This document shows positions 39,501 to 52,200 of a stretch of 64,000 nt of DNA, piece after piece. The stretch is from Balanoglossus misakiensis. Lineage: Eukaryota; Animalia; Hemichordata. The position numbers and the translations under genes were made by a program. The stretch is taken from assembly GCA_040954595.2 (NCBI GenBank), contig CM082596.2:2904656-2968655 (forward strand), written 5' to 3'. The notes below the pieces were generated by a model. The model had not been told where the DNA came from. It worked only from the letters and a program-made list of their open reading frames with translations, and did no database searches. Every line of letters begins with the position of its first letter. The first letter of the stretch is position 1.

Positions 39501-42500
39501 ATCGTGGGCTATAACCCATGATTTTTGTGAAAAATGGCCAAATTTTGAAAATTAAAAAAGTCGGAAAATTGTGATTTTTTGATGAAAATCGTGGGCTATA
39601 ACCCATGATTTTTGTGAAAAATGGCCAAATTTTGAAAATTAAAAAAGTCGGAAAATTGTGATTTTTTGATGAAAATCATGGGCTATAACCCATGATTTTT
39701 GTGAAACATGGCCAAATTTTGAAAATTAAAAAAGTCGGAAAATTGTGATTTTTTGATGAAAATCATGGGCTATAACCCATGATTTTTGTGAAAAATGGCC
39801 AAATTTTGAAAATTAAAAAAGTCGGAAAATTGTGATTTTTTGATGAAAATCATGGGCTATAACCCATGATTTTTGTGAAAAATGGCCAAATTTTGAAAAT
39901 TAAAAAAGTCGGAAAATTGTGATTTTTTGATGAAAATCATGGGCTATAACCCATGATTTTTGTGAAAAATGGCCAAATTTTGAAAATTAAAAAAGTCGGA
40001 AAATTGTGATTTTTTGATGAAAATCATGGGCTATAACCCATGATTTTTGTGAAAAATGGCCAAATTTTGAAAATTAAAAAAGTCGGAAAATTGTGATTTT
40101 TTGATGAAAATCATGGGCTATAACCCATGATTTTTGTGAAAAATGGCCAAATTTTGAAAATTAAAAAAGTCGGAAAATTGTGATTTTTTGATGAAAATCA
40201 TGGGCTATAACCCATGATTTTTGTGAAACATGGCCAAATTTTGAAAATTAAAAAAGTCGGAAAATTGTGATTTTTTGATGAAAATCATGGGCTATAACCC
40301 ATGATTTTTGTGAAAAATGGCCAAATTTTGAAAATTAAAAAAGTCGGAAAATTGTGATTTTTTGATGAAAATCATGGGCTATAACCCATGATTTTTGTGA
40401 AACATGGCCAAATTTTGAAAATTAAAAAAGTCGGAAAATTGTGATTTTTTGATGAAAATCATGGGCTATAACCCATGATTTTTGTGAAAAATGGCCAAAT
40501 TTTGAAAATTAAAAAAGTCGGAAAATTGTGATTTTTTGATGAAAATCATGGGCTATAACCCATGATTTTTGTGAAAAATGGCCAAATTTTGAAAATTAAA
40601 AAAGTCGGAAAATTGTGATTTTTTGATGAAAATCATGGGCTATAACCCATGATTTTTGTGAAAAATGGCCAAATTTTGAAAATTAAAAAAGTCGGAAAAT
40701 TGTGATTTTTTGATGAAAATCATGGGCTATAACCCATGATTTTTGTGAAAAATGGCCAAATTTTGAAAATTAAAAAAGTCGGAAAATTGTGATTTTTTGA
40801 TGAAAATCATGGGCTATAACCCATGATTTTTGTGAAAAATGGCCAAATTTTGAAAATTAAAAAAGTCGGAAAATTGTGATTTTTTGATGAAAATCATGGG
40901 CTATAACCCATGATTTTTGTGAAAAATGGCCAAATTTTGAAAATTAAAAAAGTCGGAAAATTGTGATTTTTTGATGAAAATCATGGGCTATAACCCATGA
41001 TTTTTGTGAAAAATGGCCAAATTTTGAAAATTAAAAAAGTCGGAAAATTGTGATTTTTTGATGAAAATCATGGGCTATAACCCATGATTTTTGTGAAAAA
41101 TGGCCAAATTTTGAAAATTAAAAAAGTCGGAAAATTGTGATTTTTTGATGAAAATCATGGGCTATAACCCATGATTTTTGTGAAAAATGGCCAAATTTTG
41201 AAAATTAAAAAAGTCGGAAAATTGTGATTTTTTGATGAAAATCATGGGCTATAACCCATGATTTTTGTGAAAAATGGCCAAATTTTGAAAATTAAAAAAG
41301 TCGGAAAATTGTGATTTTTTGATGAAAATCATGGGCTATAACCCATGATTTTTGTGAAAAATGGCCAAATTTTGAAAATTAAAAAAGTCGGAAAATTGTG
41401 ATTTTTTGATGAAAATCATGGGCTATAACCCATGATTTTTGTGAAAAATGGCCAAATTTTGAAAATTAAAAAAGTCGGAAAATTGTGATTTTTTGATGAA
41501 AATCATGGGCTATAACCCATGATTTTTGTGAAAAATGGCCAAATTTTGAAAATTAAAAAAGTCGGAAAATTGTGATTTTTTGATGAAAATCATGGGCTAT
41601 AACCCATGATTTTTGTGAAAAATGGCCAAATTTTGAAAATTAAAAAAGTCGGAAAATTGTGATTTTTTGATGAAAATCATGGGCTATAACCCATGATTTT
41701 TGTGAAAAATGGCCAAATTTTGAAAATTAAAAAAGTCGGAAAATTGTGATTTTTTGATGAAAATCGTGGGCTATAACCCATGATTTTTGTGAAAAATGGC
41801 CAAATTTTGAAAATTAAAAAAGTCGGAAAATTGTGATTTTTTGATGAAAATCGTGGGCTATAACCCATGATTTTTGTGAAAAATGGCCAAATTTTGAAAA
41901 TTAAAAAAGTCGGAAAATTGTGATTTTTTGATGAAAATCATGGGCTATAACCCATGATTTTTGTGAAAAATGGCCAAATTTTGAAAATTAAAAAAGTCGG
42001 AAAATTGTGATTTTTTGATGAAAATCATGGGCTATAACCCATGATTTTTGTGAAAAATGGCCAAATTTTGAAAATTAAAAAAGTCGGAAAATTGTGATTT
42101 TTTGATGAAAATCATGGGCTATAACCCATGATTTTTGTGAAAAATGGCCAAATTTTGAAAATTAAAAAAGTCGGAAAATTGTGATTTTTTGATGAAAATC
42201 GTGGGCTATAACCCATGATTTTTGTGAAAAATGGCCAAATTTTGAAAATTAAAAAAGTCGGAAAATTGTGATTTTTTGATGAAAATCATGGGCTATAACC
42301 CATGATTTTTGTGAAAAATGGCCAAATTTTGAAAATTAAAAAAGTCGGAAAATTGTGATTTTTTGATGAAAATCGTGGGCTATAACCCATGATTTTTGTG
42401 AAAAATGGCCAAATTTTGAAAATTAAAAAAGTCGGAAAATTGTGATTTTTTGATGAAAATCATGGGCTATAACCCATGATTTTTGTGAAAAATGGCCAAA

Positions 42501-44634
42501 TTTTGAAAATTAAAAAAGTCGGAAAATTGTGATTTTTTGATGAAAATCATGGGCTATAACCCATGATTTTTGTGAAAAATGGCCAAATTTTGAAAATTAA
42601 AAAAGTCGGAAAATTGTGATTTTTTGATGAAAATCATGGGCTATAACCCATGATTTTTGTGAAAAATGGCCAAATTTTGAAAATTAAAAAAGTCGGAAAA
42701 TTGTGATTTTTTGATGAAAATCATGGGCTATAACCCATGATTTTTGTGAAAAATGGCCAAATTTTGAAAATTAAAAAAGTCGGAAAATTGTGATTTTTTG
42801 ATGAAAATCATGGGCTATAACCCATGATTTTTGTGAAAAATGGCCAAATTTTGAAAATTAAAAAAGTCGGAAAATTGTGATTTTTTGATGAAAATCATGG
42901 GCTATAACCCATGATTTTTGTGAAAAATGGCCAAATTTTGAAAATTAAAAAAGTCGGAAAATTGTGATTTTTTGATGAAAATCATGGGCTATAACCCATG
43001 ATTTTTGTGAAAAATGGCCAAATTTTGAAAATTAAAAAAGTCGGAAAATTGTGATTTTTTGATGAAAATCATGGGCTATAACCCATGATTTTTGTGAAAA
43101 ATGGCCAAATTTTGAAAATTAAAAAAGTCGGAAAATTGTGATTTTTTGATGAAAATCGTGGGCTATAACCCATGATTTTTGTGAAAAATGGCCAAATTTT
43201 GAAAATTAAAAAAGTCGGAAAATTGTGATTTTTTGATGAAAATCGTGGGCTATAACCCATGATTTTTGTGAAAAATGGCCAAATTTTGAAAATTAAAAAA
43301 GTCGGAAAATTGTGATTTTTTGATGAAAATCATGGGCTATAACCCATGATTTTTGTGAAACATGGCCAAATTTTGAAAATTAAAAAAGTCGGAAAATTGT
43401 GATTTTTTGATGAAAATCATGGGCTATAACCCATGATTTTTGTGAAAAATGGCCAAATTTTGAAAATTAAAAAAGTCGGAAAATTGTGATTTTTTGATGA
43501 AAATCATGGGCTATAACCCATGATTTTTGTGAAAAATGGCCAAATTTTGAAAATTAAAAAAGTCGGAAAATTGTGATTTTTTGATGAAAATCATGGGCTA
43601 TAACCCATGATTTTTGTGAAAAATGGCCAAATTTTGAAAATTAAAAAAGTCGGAAAATTGTGATTTTTTGATGAAAATCATGGGCTATAACCCATGATTT
43701 TTGTGAAAAATGGCCAAATTTTGAAAATTAAAAAAGTCGGAAAATTGTGATTTTTTGATGAAAATCATGGGCTATAACCCATGATTTTTGTGAAAAATGG
43801 CCAAATTTTGAAAATTAAAAAAGTCGGAAAATTGTGATTTTTTGATGAAAATCATGGGCTATAACCCATGATTTTTGTGAAACATGGCCAAATTTTGAAA
43901 ATTAAAAAAGTCGGAAAATTGTGATTTTTTGATGAAAATCATGGGCTATAACCCATGATTTTTGTGAAAAATGGCCAAATTTTGAAAATTAAAAAAGTCG
44001 GAAAATTGTGATTTTTTGATGAAAATCATGGGCTATAACCCATGATTTTTGTGAAACATGGCCAAATTTTGAAAATTAAAAAAGTCGGAAAATTGTGATT
44101 TTTTGATGAAAATCATGGGCTATAACCCATGATTTTTGTGAAAAATGGCCAAATTTTGAAAATTAAAAAAGTCGGAAAATTGTGATTTTTTGATGAAAAT
44201 CATGGGCTATAACCCATGATTTTTGTGAAAAATGGCCAAATTTTGAAAATTAAAAAAGTCGGAAAATTGTGATTTTTTGATGAAAATCATGGGCTATAAC
44301 CCATGATTTTTGTGAAAAATGGCCAAATTTTGAAAATTAAAAAAGTCGGAAAATTGTGATTTTTTGATGAAAATCATGGGCTATAACCCATGATTTTTGT
44401 GAAAAATGGCCAAATTTTGAAAATTAAAAAAGTCGGAAAATTGTGATTTTTTGATGAAAATCATGGGCTATAACCCATGATTTTTGTGAAAAATGGCCAA
44501 ATTTTGAAAATTAAAAAAGTCGGAAAATTGTGATTTTTTGATGAAAATCATGGGCTATAACCCATGATTTTTGTGAAAAATGGCCAAATTTTGAAAATTA
44601 AAAAAGTCGGAAAATTGTGATTTTTTGATGAAAA
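30532..44634 (+). repeat. Main type-B satellite array, 87-bp unit, ~162 near-identical copies
   Basis: Only two recurrent variants (TCATGGG>TCGTGGG and AAAAATGG>AAACATGG) plus rare singletons. Confidence 0.98.
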
Positions 44635-44688
44635 ACCATGGGTTATAGCTCATGAAATCACTCAGAAATGACAATTTTTCGACTTTGG

Positions 44689-45653
44689 TCAGAAATCGAT
44701 AATTTTTGAAAATTTTCAAAGTCGAAAAATTGTCATATTTTGATGATTTTCATGGGCTATAACCCATGGTTTTTGATCAGAAATCGATAATTTTTGAAAA
44801 TTTTCAAAGTCGAAAAATTGTCATATTTTGATGATTTTCATGGGCTATAACCCATGGTTTTTGATCAGAAATCGATAATTTTTGAAAATTTTCAAAGTCG
44901 AAAAATTGTCATATTTTGATGATTTTCATGGGCTATAACCCATGGTTTTTGATCAGAAATCGATAATTTTTGAAAATTTTCAAAGTCGAAAAATTGTCAT
45001 ATTTTGATGATTTTCATGGGCTATAACCCATGGTTTTTGATCAGAAATCGATAATTTTTGAAAATTTTCAAAGTCGAAAAATTGTCATATTTTGATGATT
45101 TTCATGGGCTATAACCCATGGTTTTTGATCAGAAATCGATAATTTTTGAAAATTTTCAAAGTCGAAAAATTGTCATATTTTGATGATTTTCATGGGCTAT
45201 AACCCATGGTTTTTGATCAGAAATCGATAATTTTTGAAAATTTTCAAAGTCGAAAAATTGTCATATTTTGATGATTTTCATGGGCTATAACCCATGGTTT
45301 TTGATCAGAAATCGATAATTTTTGAAAATTTTCAAAGTCGAAAAATTGTCATATTTTGATGATTTTCATGGGCTATAACCCATGGTTTTTGATCAGAAAT
45401 CGATAATTTTTGAAAATTTTCAAAGTCGAAAAATTGTCATATTTTGATGATTTTCATGGGCTATAACCCATGGTTTTTGATCAGAAATCGATAATTTTTG
45501 AAAATTTTCAAAGTCGAAAAATTGTCATATTTTGATGATTTTCATGGGCTATAACCCATGGTTTTTGATCAGAAATCGATAATTTTTGAAAATTTTCAAA
45601 GTCGAAAAATTGTCATTTTTTGATGATTTTCATGAGCTATAACCCATGGTTTT
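44689..45653 (+). repeat. Type-A satellite block (CATATTTTG subtype), ~11 copies, preceded by a ~57-bp inverted fragment at 44631-44687
   Basis: 88-bp period. The last copy carries the GAGCTATA variant. Confidence 0.95.
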
Positions 45654-46279
45654 CATTTATAAAAACGAAACACAAAACAGTAGCAATTCCTAAAAACACT
45701 TTAATGTACATAATGTAGGTGAATATCTTACAAAAGCATCATAAAAAGTCAAACTGACACAGGAAAAACACTCCTTGAAGAAAAGCTAAACACCATCTCC
45801 CCAACCCCCCCCCCCCTCTCACCCCCAGGTTTTCCTGTAGAATGAAACATTCCTGTTGAATTCGAGTGTAGGTCTAGTCCGAAAAAGGCAAAATTGTGGT
45901 ACATGGGTTATTTACACTTCACTAGACATCATTTTTGTTGAACGGTGATAAAATTACATGAAGTACAAGGTAAAACCAGAAAATAATATAATTAAAGAAC
46001 TTCTTTATACACACTTCAAGGAACTGTTTTATTCATATTACATTTTCTCAGTCAAATTACAGAATACAATAGTTTGTTGGATGTTTCAAGGGTTAAAAAT
46101 AAAATAAACATTTTTTTTTGTTTTTGACAAGTAAAACGTGATAGTTCATGTGTTACCGTTAAAATGATATCCAACAAGTAACGGCCATAGGGTCAATGTG
46201 AAATGTCTCATTATTGGCCAAAAGGTTTTCCATCCGTGCTGTTATTGGTGCTTTGCCATCTGAATTCTGATTGGTGTGA

Positions 46280-49200
46280 TCACTGGTACTTTGCTTTCTC
46301 ATTGGCTAATGCAAGTCTCCTGATGTTTCCAATGCAACCAGCTGCAGCTTCCTGTAATCCTTCATCTTCAGAACCGACCATATCCATCAACAGCTGTAAA
46401 TATAAATGAAAAAACAAATTATGAATATAAACAGTTCTGCAGCTCCCAGGGCCAGCACTGCATGGTGGTGATGACACAGAATTCAAAAAAAGGGAATCAA
46501 CATGATAGTACATTGGTTGTTTGTCCTGTGTCACATGACAGTATCCTTTCATACAAACTGCCTAGCCATGCACGATTTTTTGCATGGTCTTGTGAAGCTG
46601 TTTGGAAAATGGTCTGTCCTGCACGCACCTTGACAACACTATGTTCATGCATGGTTATGCAATTGTTAGGATCCTTCGAGAGTTGGAACAATGCTTCTGC
46701 CGTGGCTCGGTGGACATCCTTGTTCTTGGATTTGAGATAGCCGACTAATGGCGCCACTGCGTCGTGCTCGCCAAAAGCCACTCGGTTGTTGCCCCACATG
46801 CAACACCTGGCAATGGCATCTGCCAGATGTCTTCGTAGTTTGTCATCATTCTGTACAACACACAGAAAAGGAAAAGATGTTACAATCTTTCTTTATATCT
46901 TCAGTTTATCATGTGAAGTGAAAACATACCATTGATTCAATGAGAATCATTGTGGTACCCCAAGCTTGCCTTAACACTTTCACCTCCATTGGAACGTTTC
47001 ATGATGTCTGGAAATGTCATTCATGTTTGATCGAAATCTAGTTCCCTCTTTGTAGAACGTTTGCCTCAAAAGGTGTGCAGATTTTAACCAGTTGTAGTTT
47101 GTGAAACACAAGAACAGCGGACAAGTCATGATGGTGGAGAGACAGGGAGGGAGGGGGGGGGGAGTGTCACACCATTGCAACCAGAGATGTACTATACAGT
47201 AGAACAGACAACTCCACAAACATCCAAACAGGTTGTATCAGGTTGGAAGAGGGATGAACGAAAAAAAAAGTCAGGAATTTCAGGATGGCAACTCCAACAT
47301 GGGCTCTGGACGTGGCACAAAAAAATTGACAGAACACTGGATGTCACTCAAAGAATTTAGAGGAATGTACAGTTGGGGAAGGGATTCAAGTGAATTTTGC
47401 TTGTTACCTGATCTAGGCATTGTTGAGCAACCTGATTAATGTACATCCAATGATTTCAGAGATAAACAAAGTTGAGTTTAATACTTAAAAGTCTAAGAAT
47501 AACCACTTCTACATATATATAGAGAGAGATCACTCATGGAGGGGGGGGGGGATGTCAACACCTAATATGAATGGTACAAACTGTGTGTTTCTTTTCAGTA
47601 CATATTACAAAGAATAATGGGGTTTTGAATGCATGGGTTTGCTCATAAATTATCATGCACAAAATCAGAACACCACTGCAACAATGCTGAAATATATACG
47701 ATCAACTAGGGAACTTTGCAAGGGGTGTGTGTAACAGAATGTACCATGCAGAAGAGCACACAAAAATATCCTGTTTTCAACTCTGTGCTCAACAAAAAAC
47801 ATTGCCATGGCAAGCACTATCTGCAATAACAATAAATTCAAAGCTTACCATTGGTGTAAGTTTGGCCAACATCGGGACGACGCCATGGTCAGTGATGACG
47901 GCTAAATTTTCCTCGTCTTTGGCGATGTTCGCGATGGCAGCACACACACTTGAGAGGACCTCCAGGTGTTCTGATTTAAGTAGACTGACAATCAGTTCCA
48001 AACCACCGACAAATGAGCGTACCATCTCACCTGCATCCTGTAGGAAGAGTTTGTCAGAACTTTACTGAAGCTGTGTGTATGTGTGAGCCTTAAGGCTGGG
48101 ATACAAACATCTAATGTCAAATATGAGTTACAGTCAAACATGTCTATAGTGGCCAATGAAGGGACTTTCTTAAACTGTCCTTTATAGACAGGTCAAATAA
48201 TGCACAGGGACTGTAACAAAGTGGCCACTATAGACAGGTTTGCACTACACACAGTTGGCCACTAACACAGGTTTGACTGTATTGTCAGTGGTAAATATTC
48301 ACACAAGCTCCTCACTGAGCTGTGAACCAACAGTGGTTGTTGTTGTTGTTGTGGTGTATGGACTTTTCAGATACTTTTGTGTTCAAAGTGAATTACCTTG
48401 GCATTTTCTATGCATGGACAGATAGCCCAAGCTGCACTGGCCTGGACATCCGGGTTCTGGTTCTTGAGTAATGACCACAATAAACGCACACCATCCAATC
48501 TGTCAATCACACTGAAATGAGAAAGAAGTTTAATAATGTACCAATGTACAGTAGGAGTTATGTACGAAATAACATTGGTGTGTGGTTATTTTGAGAGCTT
48601 TTTTGTCATCCATGATGTCATTTAACAACTGGGTGAAACCACTCAATTGAATTCACAGGGTGTGTGTGTGTGTGTGTGTGTGAGAGTATGCGTGTGCGCG
48701 CACGTGCGTGCACACGTGTGTGAGTGTGTGTCATTGTGTGTGTGTGTATACTCACGTCATGTTGTCAGGTTCTGTTGCACATGCACCAACAGCCTTGGTG
48801 ACGTTGATCAACAATTCTTGGTTGGTGCCCGTCAGTAGGTTGACCAATGGTGGAATGCCACCTGCCTTTCGTATCGACATTCTATTGGTCGGTTCCTGGG
48901 CGCACTCTCCCAGGGCTCCCACAACATTCACTAAAACCTGAAAACAGATACACAACATTACTAATAGTCTCCTTGTGTCAAACTCACATAAAAATTCACT
49001 GTTTTCTAAAATGCAGGTGATTTGACCAACTGTTAGAAATTGTCTTGACATGAAAACAAGGTCTTTATGAAAATGAGCAGATTTACTCAACCAAATAGAA
49101 TGAAGTATGGCAAAGCTCCCTAGCCCACTGAAAACTGACCTCCTCTGGCTGTTCATTGAGCAGTCCTACTAGCAACTCTATCGCTTTCAGTTCCTGGAAT

Positions 49201-52200
49201 CTCTGGACGTTTTCCGGGCTGATGGCACACTTCCATATTGCTCCAGTTGCAGCAGCCAGCAGTTCCTTGTTGTCTGACTTGTTGAGGAGTTTGACGAGTG
49301 GGTCTAGACCGCCGTACTCCCTAACCAGGTCTCTTGTCTCTTTCTCTTCCGCGCACTTGAAGATGGCACTGGCGCAGTGCATTTGAAGTTCTGGGTTTTC
49401 ACTGTTGAGGTTCTTCACAAGATCTTCTATCATGCCCTCGGTTCTGATGGCAAGTCTGTAACTTTGCTGGAAAGAAAAAATTGCGTTTGAAAAAAAGTTT
49501 TATTTACCAATTTGACCAACATGGTTTGATCCAACCCACTTTTGGGGGTGGAGGTAGAGGTGTGGGGTAAAGTTGAACCTGTTTACTAGGTTACAGTTGG
49601 GGTCAACCTAAGGGAGCCTTCAGTATATTATTACAGGAGGGTAGGCCCGGGTACATTAGGGACGGTCCATCATGTACAATATGACTCTGCCCCAATTCCC
49701 CCCCCCCCCTTGTAATTACTGAAGGCACCCTAAGGGGGCTATATACTGTCAAAGATGACTCCTCACCTCAGATGCGCATTCCTGAAGAGTTCCAACCACT
49801 GGGATGAGCATGTTCTCGTGGGGCGACTTGAGAAGCTTGGCCAGCAGAGGAATACCACCCGCTTTGCGGATGGCCTGTTTGTTCTTCGTACTCTTGCTGC
49901 AGCTCCACAATGCCAGGGCACCGCAACGTGCCACGTCGATGTCCTTCTCCATTTCTGGGCTGACAGATTCTGCGCCGAGGGGAGCACAGTCCAGCAGACC
50001 AACCTAGCACATTCAAAGAGAAAAAAATGTATATAAACAATTCTGAAATAAACGTTTTCTCAATTTACAAGTATTTACAATAACACAGTATTTAGAAATT
50101 CTGCATTTGTGTGACTAACTCTGTAACCAGAAATCAACATACCAGTTTCTTTATTCCACCGTGCTGTCGGACAGTTCTCCTGGAGCGTCTGAACTTGGCA
50201 ACATTTGCGATGGTCTCCGCTGCCAGACATTTCAGGTCCTTGTTGGGCGACTGCAAGATCTCAACCATAGTCTGAAGTCCACCCAGATCAGCGATGGCTC
50301 GACGGATCTGAACGTTGGCCGAGATCTCCTTCAGAATTTTCAATGACCCGATCTGTGAAGCCAAAGGAAAAAACAAGTTCAATTTGTCATCAGGGGACGC
50401 CGTTTTGCCCCCATCAAGATTTAGCCGAACAATCAATTCCGCATACCAGCTTTCCCACCTGTTATAAGTTCGAGGAAGCAAGCTGGCCACTGCAATAAAC
50501 ACAGGTGAAAGAATATATCATGCAGTGTTAAAAAAAACAATAGAAAACAGTGCACAGAATCGCCAAACAGCAATGGCATGATGCAAAGTTTCATGCAAAT
50601 TTTGAGAGAGCTGCACCCAGTGATTTTGTACTGACGAACCATATTATCTACTGACACAATTAAAATTGAACATCAATACATATAACACATACAGAGACCA
50701 GAAGGTAAGACCTAACACTGTATTAAAATCGACACAACACGGAGTTAATTCACTCAACCAATCTTTGAAGTACAAAACAGAAAAAGACATCTTTTTAGAC
50801 GATCAACGGGGGGAAAAAGGGTATGTGAAGAAGGGGTAATTAGGTGGTATGGTTGTGAAACTTGATGGATTAATTCTTTTTAATGTGTCATTGATGACAT
50901 GTTTTTGTGACAATGTTTGCTGTGCATGTTCTGAGGTCCTTGTGTGAACATGTGAGTGCCTTTTCTGTAGAACCAAAGATTTTTTTCTGGCAAATTCTTA
51001 TGAAAACATTATAAGGTTGTGGATTAGTGACCAGTACATTGAGTGTTTCTTTTAATATGCTGCCTTGGCAACCTTCGACCATATTAAACTTTGTCTTTGT
51101 TGTTTTGTTATAATTCATTATAATTTATAAACAGGGTCAAACTTCCTGGTTTCTTTGTGGTCAGGTGGGCATGTTGTGAATAGCTATAAAATTATGTTTT
51201 GAATTTTAATGTTTTTTTAATGAGACAATCAATTTCAATCCCAACCCAAAGCAACAACCAAGCCACACAAAATAAAACATTTGCTTCTCTTCTTGTCCAA
51301 GTCGTACATTTTTTTCATTTGGAACATCCAATTTTATTCAAATACTGGTAGCCTCAGCTACGGTATATCAATATGGAGAAAAGTCTTTCGAAAATATTGA
51401 CTTTTGTAGTTGAGAAACAAAGACATTATTTCATGTGGCCTTATACCTGGAGTCTTTCTGTTTGTGGGTCCACAAGGAATTCTTCATCAGGGGTAAGATC
51501 AGTGACTGGAATCTTATCTGAAATTCTTGTTTTCTGATGGCAAACAACATCACACACTGTCAAACTAAAAAGGGCACCTGCAACCCCCTGGGTTAATAAT
51601 TGGTGCGTTCCCGGGTGTTTGAAATCTAGGCCAGACCACTATATTAGAGGTGTTTTAACATTAGGTTCCGGAAACTAAAACATCTTAAAGCAATGCCTCC
51701 ACCTTAGTATAGCGCAGCGTATTAAAGCCATAACAGTCTGTATATTTGCCGAAGAAATGTTAAAATCTGTTGAACCATCAGCAGATTTATTGAAGAAAAC
51801 TGCTATACCAAATAAACCACTACCACAGGTGCTTTCACTTCAGTCAAATTTCTAAAATAATTTTTACAGTGTAGTTTTATAATAAAAGTTAAGAAAAAAG
51901 TGAAATTAGTAAAGATTAGCTGACAGTGATAATGAGGAAGTTAGCAGGCTAATTTTTAATGAATACGTAAGATTTTATCATAATTCAAAATACCTGAAAG
52001 AGAAAACAGTTCTCAGTAAACATGATCGATGCAACGGTTTGTGATGTGCATTTATTAGGTTAAGGTGTTCTTGATAAATATCAGGGAGGTTCTGTTTGGA
52101 GTTTCCAATATAGATAGAAAGGCTGTTGAATTTTCTGTCTAGGGAACAGATGGGATTGGGAATTCAGAATTGCAGCATCTGATCGACGAGCTTGGTTGGT

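Larger units (their letters stand above)
26126..45653. repeat. Composite 87/88-bp satellite DNA locus (~220 monomers, two subfamilies, mixed orientation)
   Basis: Type A is 88 bp (GGGCTATAACCCATGGTTTTTGATCAGAAATCGATAATTTTTGAAAATTTTCAAAGTCGAAAAATTGTCATTTCTGGATGATTTTCAT). Type B is 87 bp (GGGCTATAACCCATGATTTTTGTGAAAAATGGCCAAATTTTGAAAATTAAAAAAGTCGGAAAATTGTGATTTTTTGATGAAAATCAT). They are ~80% identical by manual alignment. Confidence 0.98.

Noticed and set aside
31585-43260. Repetitive ORFs (MGYSPRFSSKNHNFPTFLIFKIWPFFTKI)n on the - strand
   Set aside because: Artefacts of the 87-bp (29-codon) monomer. They open only where the A>G variant turns TGA into CGA. There is no promoter, splice or codon evidence.
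26641-45653. CRISPR-like appearance (palindromic ~28-bp repeat at regular spacing)
   Set aside because: The intervening sequences are identical rather than unique spacers, there are no cas genes, and the context is eukaryotic.
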